Source of the DNA: Patescibacteria group bacterium
GTDB taxonomy: Bacteria > Patescibacteriota > Microgenomatia > Levybacterales > UBA12049
Direction of reading: 5' to 3'
Assembly (NCBI GenBank): GCA_038063415.1
Contig: JBBTVD010000021.1
Location: forward strand, 1 to 58,718
DNA length: 58,718 nucleotides
A program made the translations under genes and the position numbers. Position 1 is the stretch's first letter. The number at the start of each line of letters is the position of its first letter. Below, in pieces: positions 38,671 through 47,356 of this stretch. Under the pieces are notes generated by a model. That model saw nothing but the letters and a program-made list of their open reading frames with translations. It did no database searches and was not told the origin of the DNA.

Positions 38671-39810
38671 TTATCTTTGAAAAACAGTTCCTCCAATAGC
38701 TCTCTTGGGGTCAGCAACAGGATCTGCTGGATGAGTTATTGACTCGTCAACTCTGACGCGATTCGCAGGATCTACTGACACCGATTCGTAAAACCGTAAG
38801 GCATGTTTTGCCGAAACCAAAAAATCATACTCCGGAACTCTCCAGTAAACTGATGCTCCCTTTTCTTCTAATTCAACAAATTTTTTAAATGGTTTATTTC
38901 CTCCACCTCGTACAAGAGCTGAGAGAGCACCTTTGGCGAGTATTTTAGGGAGAAAGCCTGGAGGAGGATTATCTCTATTATCGTCGTCTAAGGCACCCTC
39001 AAAAATCTTACCTAAAGCAGGTTTTGTCAAAGCACCTCGTTCTCTGAGGTATTTTCGTACAGCAGCTCCATCATTACGCATACCAGCACGTGAAAGCTCT
39101 CCATCAAGGACATCAAGATCACTCAGTTGATCAGGAGTTAAAAATCTCTCTAAATAATTCTGGTTAGATGCCTCTGAGACATATGGATTTACTGGAAGCT
39201 CTCCCGTCATATTTGACCAACGAGAACCTAACGCGCTTCTTATCTGCTCAGGTAACAAGGCATTTTCTTCCCGTGAAGGGAAAGCATTAAAAGAGTCAAG
39301 ACCACATTCCAAGGTCCTAGAACGTAAAACATGACGAGATACTAATCGAGGGAAGCCTTTAGCAACAACGTTCGAACGTTCTTTTATTCCTTGGAATACA
39401 CCTACTGGACCACGAAGCTCGATACGAATATTTTTAGTGTTTTCCGGATCATCAAAAAAGCCTTCGACGTGCTTCTCAATCCATTCTATTGCTCGCAATA
39501 CTTCGACGGCTCCAAGGGAATGAGCATAAATATCTAATCCCGTTCCTGCATGTGCAAGAATTACTCCAGCCATCTTTTCAACCCGCTTAGAATCGGGCTT
39601 ATCGGAAGAAACAACCGAATTAAAGACGCTTACATTCTCTTTCCCTCCATATTGTTCGCCCCATACATTATGTAGGCGAGTTAATCCTACATTGGTGGCT
39701 GACATCCCACCAGCAAAAAGACAATGTCTTGGTGCTTTTGGCTGATTCTCAACCGCAACCAATGGAAGTCCCTTCTCAGGACTATAAACATTACCTTCTA
39801 TGCCTAGCAT
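38671..39810 (-). CDS. Hypothetical protein with alpha/beta-hydrolase-like nucleophile motif
   Basis: 'LFAGG', 'IYAHSLGA', 'EYD', 'TH' motifs; start set at 39810 by TGgTATAAT 6 nt upstream. Confidence 0.5.
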   Translation of the reverse strand: MLGIEGNVYSPEKGLPLVAVENQPKAPRHCLFAGGMSATNVGLTRLHNVWGEQYGGKENVSVFNSVVSSDKPDSKRVEKMAGVILAHAGTGLDIYAHSLGAVEVLRAIEWIEKHVEGFFDDPENTKNIRIELRGPVGVFQGIKERSNVVAKGFPRLVSRHVLRSRTLECGLDSFNAFPSREENALLPEQIRSALGSRWSNMTGELPVNPYVSEASNQNYLERFLTPDQLSDLDVLDGELSRAGMRNDGAAVRKYLRERGALTKPALGKIFEGALDDDNRDNPPPGFLPKILAKGALSALVRGGGNKPFKKFVELEEKGASVYWRVPEYDFLVSAKHALRFYESVSVDPANRVRVDESITHPADPVADPKRAIGGTVFQR

Positions 39811-39816
39811 AGGATA

Positions 39817-39825
39817 ATTATACCA
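39817..39825 (-). promoter_or_regulatory. Extended -10 promoter (TGGTATAAT) 6 nt before ATG 39810; example of the leaderless architecture
   Basis: Exact TGnTATAAT match read on the minus strand. Confidence 0.65.
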
Positions 39826-39915
39826 TAAAATAAATATTAAATAAATACTATAGGGATTTCTAGAGCGCCCTATTCTCGTTTGACAAATTGAGCCCATTTA
39901 CGGCATAATTGAGCA

Positions 39916-40485
39916 ATGATTGAGTACCTCAAAAAAGCTTATTTTTTCTTCCTCGACTTCATGCAGACGGTTCTCCTCGCAGCTTCTGTATTTCTGGTTA
40001 TTTATATCTTTCTTTTTCGTCCCTTCCAGGTAAGTGGAGAATCGATGTTCCCAACTTTTAAAAATAAAGAATATATTTTGACCAATCTCGTCGGTATGCG
40101 TTTTAGCGACCCACAGCGTGGAGAAGTCATCGTCTTTCATTCCCCTGTTGATAAAGAAAAAGATTACATTAAACGAGTGATTGGTACTCCTGGTGACACT
40201 GTTTCTGTTAAAGATGGTGACGTCTATGTCAATGGAACCAAGCTCGATGAAGTTGGCTACCTTGATAGTTCAGTAAAAACCTACGGAGGAGCTTTTCTGC
40301 AAGATGGAGCTGATCCGATAACTGTACCTGAAGGTCAGTATATTGTTATGGGGGATAACCGTCCATATAGTTCAGATTCTCGAGAATGGGGTCTTCTTAA
40401 AAAAGAAGAAATCATTGGAAAATCATTTTTTGTTTATTGGCCGGTTAATACTGCAAGAATAGTAGAAAACCCCCTGCAAGAGTAA
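39916..40485 (+). CDS. lepB: Signal peptidase I
   Basis: VSGESMFPT (Ser), YIKRVIG.PGD (Lys), MGDNR..S.DSR.WG. Confidence 0.95.
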   Translation: MIEYLKKAYFFFLDFMQTVLLAASVFLVIYIFLFRPFQVSGESMFPTFKNKEYILTNLVGMRFSDPQRGEVIVFHSPVDKEKDYIKRVIGTPGDTVSVKDGDVYVNGTKLDEVGYLDSSVKTYGGAFLQDGADPITVPEGQYIVMGDNRPYSSDSREWGLLKKEEIIGKSFFVYWPVNTARIVENPLQE

Positions 40486-40497
40486 TACTTATGCCAC

Positions 40498-40569
40498 TGT
40501 CATTCCTGCGTAGGCAGGAATCTATTTCAATTGAAATATCACTGGATCCCCGCATACGCGAGGATGACA
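40498..40569. repeat. REP/RPE-like palindromic element (TGTCAT...ATGACA) between convergent lepB and parB; possible bidirectional terminator
   Basis: Two inverted ~27-bp hairpin arms (TGTCATTCCTGCGTAGGCAGGAATC / GATCCCCGCATACGCGAGGATGACA) around the palindrome TATTTCAATTGAAATA. Confidence 0.85.
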
Positions 40570-40584
40570 AGAAAAAGTGGAATA

Positions 40585-41409
40585 CTACTTCGTGAGGACG
40601 TCGTGGATTTGTTTGAGTTTGTCTGATGTTGCCTGAGGATCGCCCTTCATAACGATAGTGATACGTGCGAGTTTACTTGACTGGAAGATTGCAACCTTAT
40701 CTGCAACATATTTTTCTTCAATTTCTTTGGCCATTTGATCTTGCTCTGGAATCCATAATTGGTCTTTTTTGGAAGCTGGTTCTTTCTTCTGGACATCTCC
40801 CTTAATCCTTCTTGCCAATTCTTCTGTCTGACGTACCGTATAATTCTCTCGGAGGATTGTTTTGAAGACGTCAAGCATTAGCTTGTGATCCCCCAAAGAT
40901 AACAATGGTCGAACATGCCCTTCACTGATAACACCAGCAACCAATGCATCTTTGATAGCGTCAGGAAGGGAAAGCAAACGGATAGTATTGGAAACAGCAG
41001 GGACACTTTTACCTACTCTTTTTGCAACTTCAGTAGTCCCCAAGCCAAATTCATCAATAAGTCGACGATAAGCAAGCGCTCGCTCAATTGGGTTAAGATC
41101 TTCACGCTGTACATTCTCAACGATAGACATTTCAAGCATTCCCTGAGGAGTTGTTATTTTGACTACTACAGGAACTTTGATAAGTCCGAGAATTTTGGAT
41201 GCACGCCACCTGCGCTCTCCAGCAATAATTTGATACCCAGCAGGAGTTTTTGCAACAACAATAGGCTCAAGTATTCCCTGTTCTCTAATCGATTCGACCA
41301 AATCGGTTAATGAGTCGGGAGTAATAACGCCACGTGGCTGAAGAGGATTAGATTGGAGCTGATTAGTCTCCAATTCATAGATTTTATCGATTGCTTGAGA
41401 ATTATCCAT
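40585..41409 (-). CDS. parB: ParB/Spo0J chromosome partitioning protein
   Basis: [32 protein letters not shown] 'VAKRVGKS...[10 protein letters not shown]'. Confidence 0.95.
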   Translation of the reverse strand: MDNSQAIDKIYELETNQLQSNPLQPRGVITPDSLTDLVESIREQGILEPIVVAKTPAGYQIIAGERRWRASKILGLIKVPVVVKITTPQGMLEMSIVENVQREDLNPIERALAYRRLIDEFGLGTTEVAKRVGKSVPAVSNTIRLLSLPDAIKDALVAGVISEGHVRPLLSLGDHKLMLDVFKTILRENYTVRQTEELARRIKGDVQKKEPASKKDQLWIPEQDQMAKEIEEKYVADKVAIFQSSKLARITIVMKGDPQATSDKLKQIHDVLTK

Positions 41410-41653
41410 TGATGACTTCTATGTATTGTTTGCCTCTCAAGGTTTTGAATTGAACAATTCCTTCCTTGATTGCAAAAAGAGTGAAGTCTTTGCCCATGGA
41501 AACACCTGTTCCTGCAAAGAATTTATTTCCTACTTGTCTGACAATGATGTTGCCTGGAGTAACTTTTTGGCCACCATAACGCTTCACGCCCCGATTTTTT
41601 GGTCGCGAATCTCGATTACCTTTAACTGATCCCTGTGCTTTTGTATGTGCCAT
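41402..41653 (-). CDS. rpmA: 50S ribosomal protein L27
   Basis: [30 protein letters not shown]. Confidence 0.97.
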   Translation of the reverse strand: MAHTKAQGSVKGNRDSRPKNRGVKRYGGQKVTPGNIIVRQVGNKFFAGTGVSMGKDFTLFAIKEGIVQFKTLRGKQYIEVING

Positions 41654-41662
41654 AGTATATTA

Positions 41663-42019
41663 TTATTCTACTGCTTCTTTACTTTCTGTCTTTGCTGCTT
41701 TTGCCTTACCTGCTGCAATTTTAATGATCTTGACTTGTGTCAACTGCTGGCGGTGGCCATATACTTTACGATACCGTGCTTTCGCTTTGAACTTTGCTAC
41801 TCGAATCTTTGGTGCTTTGAACTGACTAACAACTTGGCCGATTACGACCATATTGGTAAGAACTGGCGTCCCGACTGAAAAAGTATCACCTGCTGCATGA
41901 AAAAGCACATCGAAATTGATGTCTTTACCATCTTCGATTGCAAGCTTCTCAACGGCAATAGTATCGCCTTCAGCAACTTTATATTGTTTACCACCTGTTT
42001 GAATTACTGCGTAGTTCAT
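41663..42019 (-). CDS. rplU: 50S ribosomal protein L21
   Basis: YAVIQTGGKQYKV.EG, GHRQQLT; start MNYAV at 42019. Confidence 0.97.
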   Translation of the reverse strand: MNYAVIQTGGKQYKVAEGDTIAVEKLAIEDGKDINFDVLFHAAGDTFSVGTPVLTNMVVIGQVVSQFKAPKIRVAKFKAKARYRKVYGHRQQLTQVKIIKIAAGKAKAAKTESKEAVE

Positions 42020-42045
42020 ACGATTGAACAATTATAGCAGACTTA

Positions 42046-43122
42046 TCATCTAATTTCCAGAACTTCTTTGTGTCTATGAGAAACACTTAATGAGGATAAC
42101 ATACCCAGGAAGATAAAGTTTGCGAGAAGAGAGCTTCCTCCAAAGGAAACAAACGGAAGCGTAACTCCAACAATAGGTAAAAATCCCATATTCATCCCGA
42201 TATTTACTACTCCTTGAATAAGGAAAAAAGCAAAACAGCTCGCTGCAAAAAGCTTGGTAAACTGGTCATTTGTTTGGGTAAATACTTTACCTATCCGATA
42301 ACAGAGAAAAAGTAAGGTAAGTATGACAATTGCTCCTCCTACAAATCCTAATCCTTCCGCCAACGTAGCAAAAATAAAATCAGTATGTCGTTCAGGGAGG
42401 AAGCGTAATCCTGACTGTGTGCCTTCTGAAAGCCCTTTACCAAAAAATGTCCCTGATCCGACAGCAATAATCGCTTGAATCGTATTGTAGGACGTCCCAA
42501 GAGGGTCTGCTGTGGGGTTCAGGAAGGTAAAGATACGTTGTTTTTGATAATCATGAAGCCGCATCCAAAGAAAAGGTGAAACAAAAAGAAAGGGCAATGA
42601 AGAAAAGAAAAACCATTTGAAAGGAAATCCACGAACAAGAAGCACAAAAAAAGCAGTTCCAGCATACATAAGAGCGCTTCCCAGATCAGGTTGGAGATCG
42701 ATTGCCAAGAGGATTGGAAAGAGAAGCAACAAGCTTAAAAAGAAGGTCTTTAGGTCAGAAAAGCGAGTCTGCAAAAGAAAGGTAACAAATGCTATAGAAA
42801 GAAAAGGCTTGAGAACCTCTGAAAATTGAATACTTACTCCGAAGAGCTCTACCCATCGTGCCGCTCCGCGACTTTCAAAACCGAGTATCAGCACAATACC
42901 GAGCAAAACTAACGACACTATATATATCGGCAATGAAAGTCGCTGAAAGAGAGCTAAACGAAACTGAGAGAAAAAAAGAAAGCCAAGCAGGGCAATACCT
43001 GTTGAAATAAGCTGGAAACGAAAATATACCGGGTTAATAGCGAAAAGAACAGTAAGACTAACGGCAACAAGAACGAGGGCGGGTATCAGTAACCAAAAAT
43101 CAATTTTGAAACGGGAAGTCAT
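42046..43122 (-). CDS. rodA: SEDS-family peptidoglycan polymerase (RodA/FtsW)
   Basis: GAARW, QPDLG, YQKQRI, AVGSG...GKG, FLPERHTDFIF, LPFVSFGGSS. Confidence 0.9.
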   Translation of the reverse strand: MTSRFKIDFWLLIPALVLVAVSLTVLFAINPVYFRFQLISTGIALLGFLFFSQFRLALFQRLSLPIYIVSLVLLGIVLILGFESRGAARWVELFGVSIQFSEVLKPFLSIAFVTFLLQTRFSDLKTFFLSLLLLFPILLAIDLQPDLGSALMYAGTAFFVLLVRGFPFKWFFFSSLPFLFVSPFLWMRLHDYQKQRIFTFLNPTADPLGTSYNTIQAIIAVGSGTFFGKGLSEGTQSGLRFLPERHTDFIFATLAEGLGFVGGAIVILTLLFLCYRIGKVFTQTNDQFTKLFAASCFAFFLIQGVVNIGMNMGFLPIVGVTLPFVSFGGSSLLANFIFLGMLSSLSVSHRHKEVLEIR

Positions 43123-43146
43123 ATGTCACAACGTTTAATTTAATAT

Positions 43147-43224
43147 TTGTCATCCCGGACTTGATCCGGGATCCATACATTTGGACTTACTAACGCTGGA
43201 TTCCCGCTTTCGCGGGAAGGACAA
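43147..43224. repeat. REP/RPE-like palindromic element (TTGTC...GACAA) between ileS and rodA
   Basis: Arms GTCATCCCGGACTTGATCCGGGATCCA and TGGATTCCCGCTTTCGCGGGAAGGAC; same architecture as the 40498 element. Confidence 0.85.
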
Positions 43225-43236
43225 CTAAGAAGATAC

Positions 43237-46146
43237 TTATGCATTATTTATTCTCTTCACTTCAAAATCACCTTTACCAATCTCTTCCGCGAGAGCATTG
43301 CGTTTGATATATGCTTCCTGCTCCAGTGGCCATTCTTCAAGAGTAATATGTACTTTTTCATCAAGTTTTGTACCAAGTTTCTTTCGCTCTTCCTGAATCT
43401 TACGGACAATTTCCCGAGCCTGTCCAAGTGCTTTCAACTCATCATTCATTGTCCGGGTATCCAAACTAACGGCTAATGTTCCCTTTTTATCGGTTATCGC
43501 AAGTACATTTACTTCATCCTTAATCAATTGCTTGAGAGGATCAGAAAGTATGATATCACTGGTAACGTCAAGCGCAGCAAGCGGTTGTCTGACTTTAATT
43601 TGCGCATTTTTCCTTTGAGCAAGCGCCATTTCGACAACTTTACGTACTAAAACCATCTCTTCAATGAGTGCTGTCTCTTTTACTTTTGCAGTTTTATCTA
43701 TTGTCGGCCAATCAGCAAGATGTACTGATTCTTCATCCGTAATGTTGGTATAGATCGCATCTGCGATAAATGGGGCAATTGGAGAAAGCAATTTACAAAG
43801 TGTCGTCAAAACTTCATGCGTTGTTTCATAAAACGCTGTTTTGTCAGCCTTATCTTCTGCGGAAGAACCAACTCGATCACGACTACGTCTGATGTACCAG
43901 GTAGAAAAGTCCGTAATAAATGATTTAAGATTATCAATGGCTGCAACCGTATCATAGCCGTCTAGACTTTTTGTCACGTCGGTAACAAGCTGATCAAGTA
44001 AGGTAAGAATCCACTCATCAAGCACATTTTGCGTCATTCTGGCTCCCGCCTGCCAAGGCCTGGCACTGGCGGGCAGGTGTCCAGAATCGATTCTGGAGTC
44101 GCTTTGCTCCCCAGAATGACGTGGCGTCCACTCATCCAGGTTTGCATAGGTTACAAAGAAATTATAGACATTCCAAAGAATCAGCATCGTCCCGCGAACT
44201 TGTTGTTTGTAATGATCTTCTGAAATAAGAATATCTTCCCCATGCATGACAGGACTTCCCATAAGGTAGAGTCGCAGAGCATCTCCACCATATTTTTGCA
44301 GCAGTTCTTTGGGATCTGGATAGTTTTTAAAGTTTTTACTCATTTTACGCCCATCAGTACCAAGAATGACACCTTCAACCAGCACATTTCGTGAAAGGAT
44401 GTTTTGTCCATCAGATCTGAGTGCCAAGGCATTTGCAATCACATGCAAGACATAAAACCAGGCTCTGATTTGTCCAGTGTATTCTCCGATAAAATCTGGG
44501 GGATAAAAACTATCAAGCGGTCGCTGATCACCAAAAGGATAATGCCGCTCGCCAAACGACGCAGACCCTGCTTCAATCCAACTATCGAGTACTTCAGGGA
44601 CTCGATGTACTTCTTTACCACATTTGTCACATGCTACCGTGACTTCGTCAATTTCAGGTTTATGCAGATTGGTTACTTTTTTACCTGATTTCTCTTCGAG
44701 TTCTTTGATCGATCCTGGCACAAAGCGTTCGCCACATTGGCACTCCCACACGGGGACAGGACTTCCCCAATACCTGTTGCGGGAAATATTCCAATCAGGT
44801 GCGTTTTCAAGACTTTTTTCAAATCGACCATGCTTGAAGTGCTTTGGGAACCAGTTCACTTGCTCATTGGTTTCTTTCATTTGCTTCTTAAGTCCTTGGA
44901 CATTGACGTACCATGCATTGATTGGGGCGTAGTAAAGCCGTGTGTGACAACGCCAACAGAGAGGGACTCTGTGCGTCATTTTCTCGGTCTTATAAATTAA
45001 TCCCCGCTTCTCCAAATCTTCGTCTACTGCTTTATTTGCCTTGAGGTAATACATCCCCCCAAAAAGAGGCACTTCCTTTTTGATATGTCCTTCTTCATCA
45101 ACGTGGAGCACAATATGCACATTTTGCTCGCGCATGACTTTCAAGTCCTCTTCTCCGTAGGCAGCAATAGTTACGATACCCGTACCATCTTCAGCAGTAA
45201 CATAATCTGCTAGGACTATCTCAAAAATTTTTTCTCCAGGTTTTACATTAGCTTTATAATAGTCATAATGTGGTTCAAACTTTTTACCAGCTAAATCTGC
45301 ACCTTTATATTCTGCAACGATCTTGTAACTCTTCTCATCACCTAGGGTTTTAAGTGTGGTCTTGGCCAAAATGTAAAATTCATTATTTTGTGAGACTTTG
45401 ACATAGGCAAGTTTGGGATTTACCGCAAGCACTGGTGTAACGATCTTGTTCCAAGGAGTCGTAGACCATGCCAAAAAATACGTGTCTTTCTCATCCACCA
45501 CAGGATATTTATAAGTTGTGCCTTCTTCTTCAAGCTCTTTATAATTCTCAGCATCCATTGCAACTTCAAAGTTTGAAATAGGTGTCGCACAATGAGGACA
45601 ATAGAGAGAAACTTTTAGACCTTTATAGATGTAATCCTTGTCGTACATTTGCTTAAACACCCACATGACTGACTCCATGTAGGGAAGATCCCAGGTCTTG
45701 TAGGCATTCTTAAAATCAGTCCAACGACCAATATGGTCAACATACCATTCCCATTCCCCTGAGACTTGATTAACATAATGCAGACATCGCTCGATAAACT
45801 TCTTCACACCCACCACGTCCTCTATATCACGCTTACTTTTAAGCTCAAGTTCTCCCTCGACTTTGTTCTCAATGGGAAGTCCATGTCCATCCCAACCCCA
45901 CACACGACGCACTCGATAGCCCTTCATTGTCCAATACCGACCGAAGACATCTTTGGGAAGACTGGAGAGAAGTGAACCATAATGCGGCATACCCGTAACA
46001 AACGGTGGCCCATCAAGAAACGTCCATTCTTTGTCTTTAGGACGTGCCTCGATAGATTTTTCAAAAATCTTATTTGCTTTCCAATACTTGAGGATTTCTT
46101 CCTCAATTGCCGGAAAGTTTATATTTGGTGAAATTGGCTTGAACAT
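43237..46146 (-). CDS. ileS: Isoleucyl-tRNA synthetase, type 2 (IleRS2)
   Basis: DGPPF, PHYGS (HIGH), GWDGHGLPIE, DWNISRNRYWG, EYTGQIRAWFY, KMSKN, WYIRRSR, KVRQPL; no C-terminal Zn finger. Confidence 0.95.
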   Translation of the reverse strand: MFKPISPNINFPAIEEEILKYWKANKIFEKSIEARPKDKEWTFLDGPPFVTGMPHYGSLLSSLPKDVFGRYWTMKGYRVRRVWGWDGHGLPIENKVEGELELKSKRDIEDVVGVKKFIERCLHYVNQVSGEWEWYVDHIGRWTDFKNAYKTWDLPYMESVMWVFKQMYDKDYIYKGLKVSLYCPHCATPISNFEVAMDAENYKELEEEGTTYKYPVVDEKDTYFLAWSTTPWNKIVTPVLAVNPKLAYVKVSQNNEFYILAKTTLKTLGDEKSYKIVAEYKGADLAGKKFEPHYDYYKANVKPGEKIFEIVLADYVTAEDGTGIVTIAAYGEEDLKVMREQNVHIVLHVDEEGHIKKEVPLFGGMYYLKANKAVDEDLEKRGLIYKTEKMTHRVPLCWRCHTRLYYAPINAWYVNVQGLKKQMKETNEQVNWFPKHFKHGRFEKSLENAPDWNISRNRYWGSPVPVWECQCGERFVPGSIKELEEKSGKKVTNLHKPEIDEVTVACDKCGKEVHRVPEVLDSWIEAGSASFGERHYPFGDQRPLDSFYPPDFIGEYTGQIRAWFYVLHVIANALALRSDGQNILSRNVLVEGVILGTDGRKMSKNFKNYPDPKELLQKYGGDALRLYLMGSPVMHGEDILISEDHYKQQVRGTMLILWNVYNFFVTYANLDEWTPRHSGEQSDSRIDSGHLPASARPWQAGARMTQNVLDEWILTLLDQLVTDVTKSLDGYDTVAAIDNLKSFITDFSTWYIRRSRDRVGSSAEDKADKTAFYETTHEVLTTLCKLLSPIAPFIADAIYTNITDEESVHLADWPTIDKTAKVKETALIEEMVLVRKVVEMALAQRKNAQIKVRQPLAALDVTSDIILSDPLKQLIKDEVNVLAITDKKGTLAVSLDTRTMNDELKALGQAREIVRKIQEERKKLGTKLDEKVHITLEEWPLEQEAYIKRNALAEEIGKGDFEVKRINNA
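44032..44121. mobile_element. 90-bp palindromic element inserted in frame in ileS
   Basis: Perfect 11-bp terminal inverted repeats CGTCATTCTGG/CCAGAATGACG and internal 18-bp palindrome TCCAGAATCGATTCTGGA; translates to RHSGEQSDSRIDSGHLPASARPWQAGARMT. Confidence 0.85.
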
Positions 46147-46215
46147 GAGTACAATTGTACTTCAATTGTGGGGCTAATTCAAGGGAAAAGGCATCTATAT
46201 GTTATACTCTTAACC

Positions 46216-46749
46216 ATGGCAGCAGAAATAAGTGTAGATAGAGGGATTTGTGTTGGTCCAGAAGGCGGAAGGCCAACAAGAATCATAACTCTGTTTAGAC
46301 AAAGACCAGAGCAAAGTACGACACATTGCGGAAATATCACTCCAAACAACACTTGTGGACTTAGCTCAGGAGATTTACTCTGTCCAAGAGTTAATGCAGA
46401 AACGACTGTTTCAGCTAAGCCCGCACTTCTCCAACGAGAAACAGAAGCAGGGCCTTTAGAACTTAACCTTGATACAAATGAGGTGACTTCTCCTCTTTCT
46501 GATAAAGTAGAAGCATTGTCACTTGCAGAGACCGCGCTATTAACTACTCTTATGCTCAGACAAGGAACTGAACCTGTGCAAGCAGAAGCACTAGCGGAGA
46601 TAAGTGACATTAGCTTTTCATCGTTTAATCCAACTTTACAAAAAACACGAAAAAAACTTAGAGATACTGTTGGTAGAGATCGTGGTAGACCTATTATTCA
46701 GACTATACACGGGGAAAAGTCTTACCTGCTTAGTGAATCTTCAGAATGA
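46216..46749 (+). CDS. Orphan protein with C-terminal OmpR/Trans_reg_C-like winged helix
   Basis: 'GPLELN','LS.AE..LL..LM','L...RKKL','IQTIHG..Y.L'; Cys-rich N-part with no receiver domain; TGtTATACT 7 nt before ATG 46216. Confidence 0.65.
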   Translation: MAAEISVDRGICVGPEGGRPTRIITLFRQRPEQSTTHCGNITPNNTCGLSSGDLLCPRVNAETTVSAKPALLQRETEAGPLELNLDTNEVTSPLSDKVEALSLAETALLTTLMLRQGTEPVQAEALAEISDISFSSFNPTLQKTRKKLRDTVGRDRGRPIIQTIHGEKSYLLSESSE

Positions 46750-46760
46750 ATTAAATTATT

Positions 46761-47312
46761 TTACGAAAATAATTTTCTCCTAAAGTCTTCTAATTTCTTT
46801 TTATCCAATTTCATCTTCAAAATATCAAACGCCAATTCGTTACCCCAATATTTTTCTGAAATTACCAATTCAACAAACTCCTCAAAGCTCATCTCAATCG
46901 TTTCAATCTTCTCTCCAGCATCCAGCTGTTGCTCGGCAACTTTTTTACAGTTTCGAGCGACATAGAGAAAAATCTGCCAATCGATTTTGTGATACGGTTC
47001 AAACACTTTCAGAAGCTCCCAATCATTTGACTGCAAGCCTGATTCTTCAAGTAATTCTCTTTTGGCTGTTGTTTCGGGCGCTTCATCAGGTTCTCCACGC
47101 CCTCCAAAAAGAGAGTAATAATTATGATGATTTGGCTGTGATTGTTTGGAGAGAAGGATTTTGTCTCCTTGTGCCGCGATTATTTCTATCGTATTGGGAC
47201 GTTTAAGCATCTCAAAAGTTTCGTGAGAGCCATCAAACATCTCCTGCTCCCAATGATATACGTCAAAGATCTTGCCGGCAAATACTTTTTTTGCTTCTTC
47301 TGGGACTCGCAT
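46761..47312 (-). CDS. NUDIX hydrolase (ADP-ribose pyrophosphatase-like)
   Basis: Nudix box GGRGEPDEAPETTAKRELLEESG; QLDAGEKIE. Confidence 0.9.
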   Translation of the reverse strand: MRVPEEAKKVFAGKIFDVYHWEQEMFDGSHETFEMLKRPNTIEIIAAQGDKILLSKQSQPNHHNYYSLFGGRGEPDEAPETTAKRELLEESGLQSNDWELLKVFEPYHKIDWQIFLYVARNCKKVAEQQLDAGEKIETIEMSFEEFVELVISEKYWGNELAFDILKMKLDKKKLEDFRRKLFS

Positions 47313-47356
47313 CATGGTCAGTTTAGCAAATACACACTCTTGTTGCAATTAAAAAG

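Noticed and set aside
41402-42019. Missing prp/ysxB between rplU and rpmA
   Set aside because: L27 starts MAHTK with no N-terminal extension, so no maturation protease is needed; ordinary.
44032-44121. Intein or self-splicing intron in ileS
   Set aside because: Only 30 codons, with no C/S...HN intein ends and no group I/II core; better explained as a palindromic repeat.
44029-44223. Plus-strand ORF MRHSGSRLP... overlapping the ileS insert
   Set aside because: By-product of the element's palindromic symmetry (both strands begin RHSG); no independent evidence of expression.
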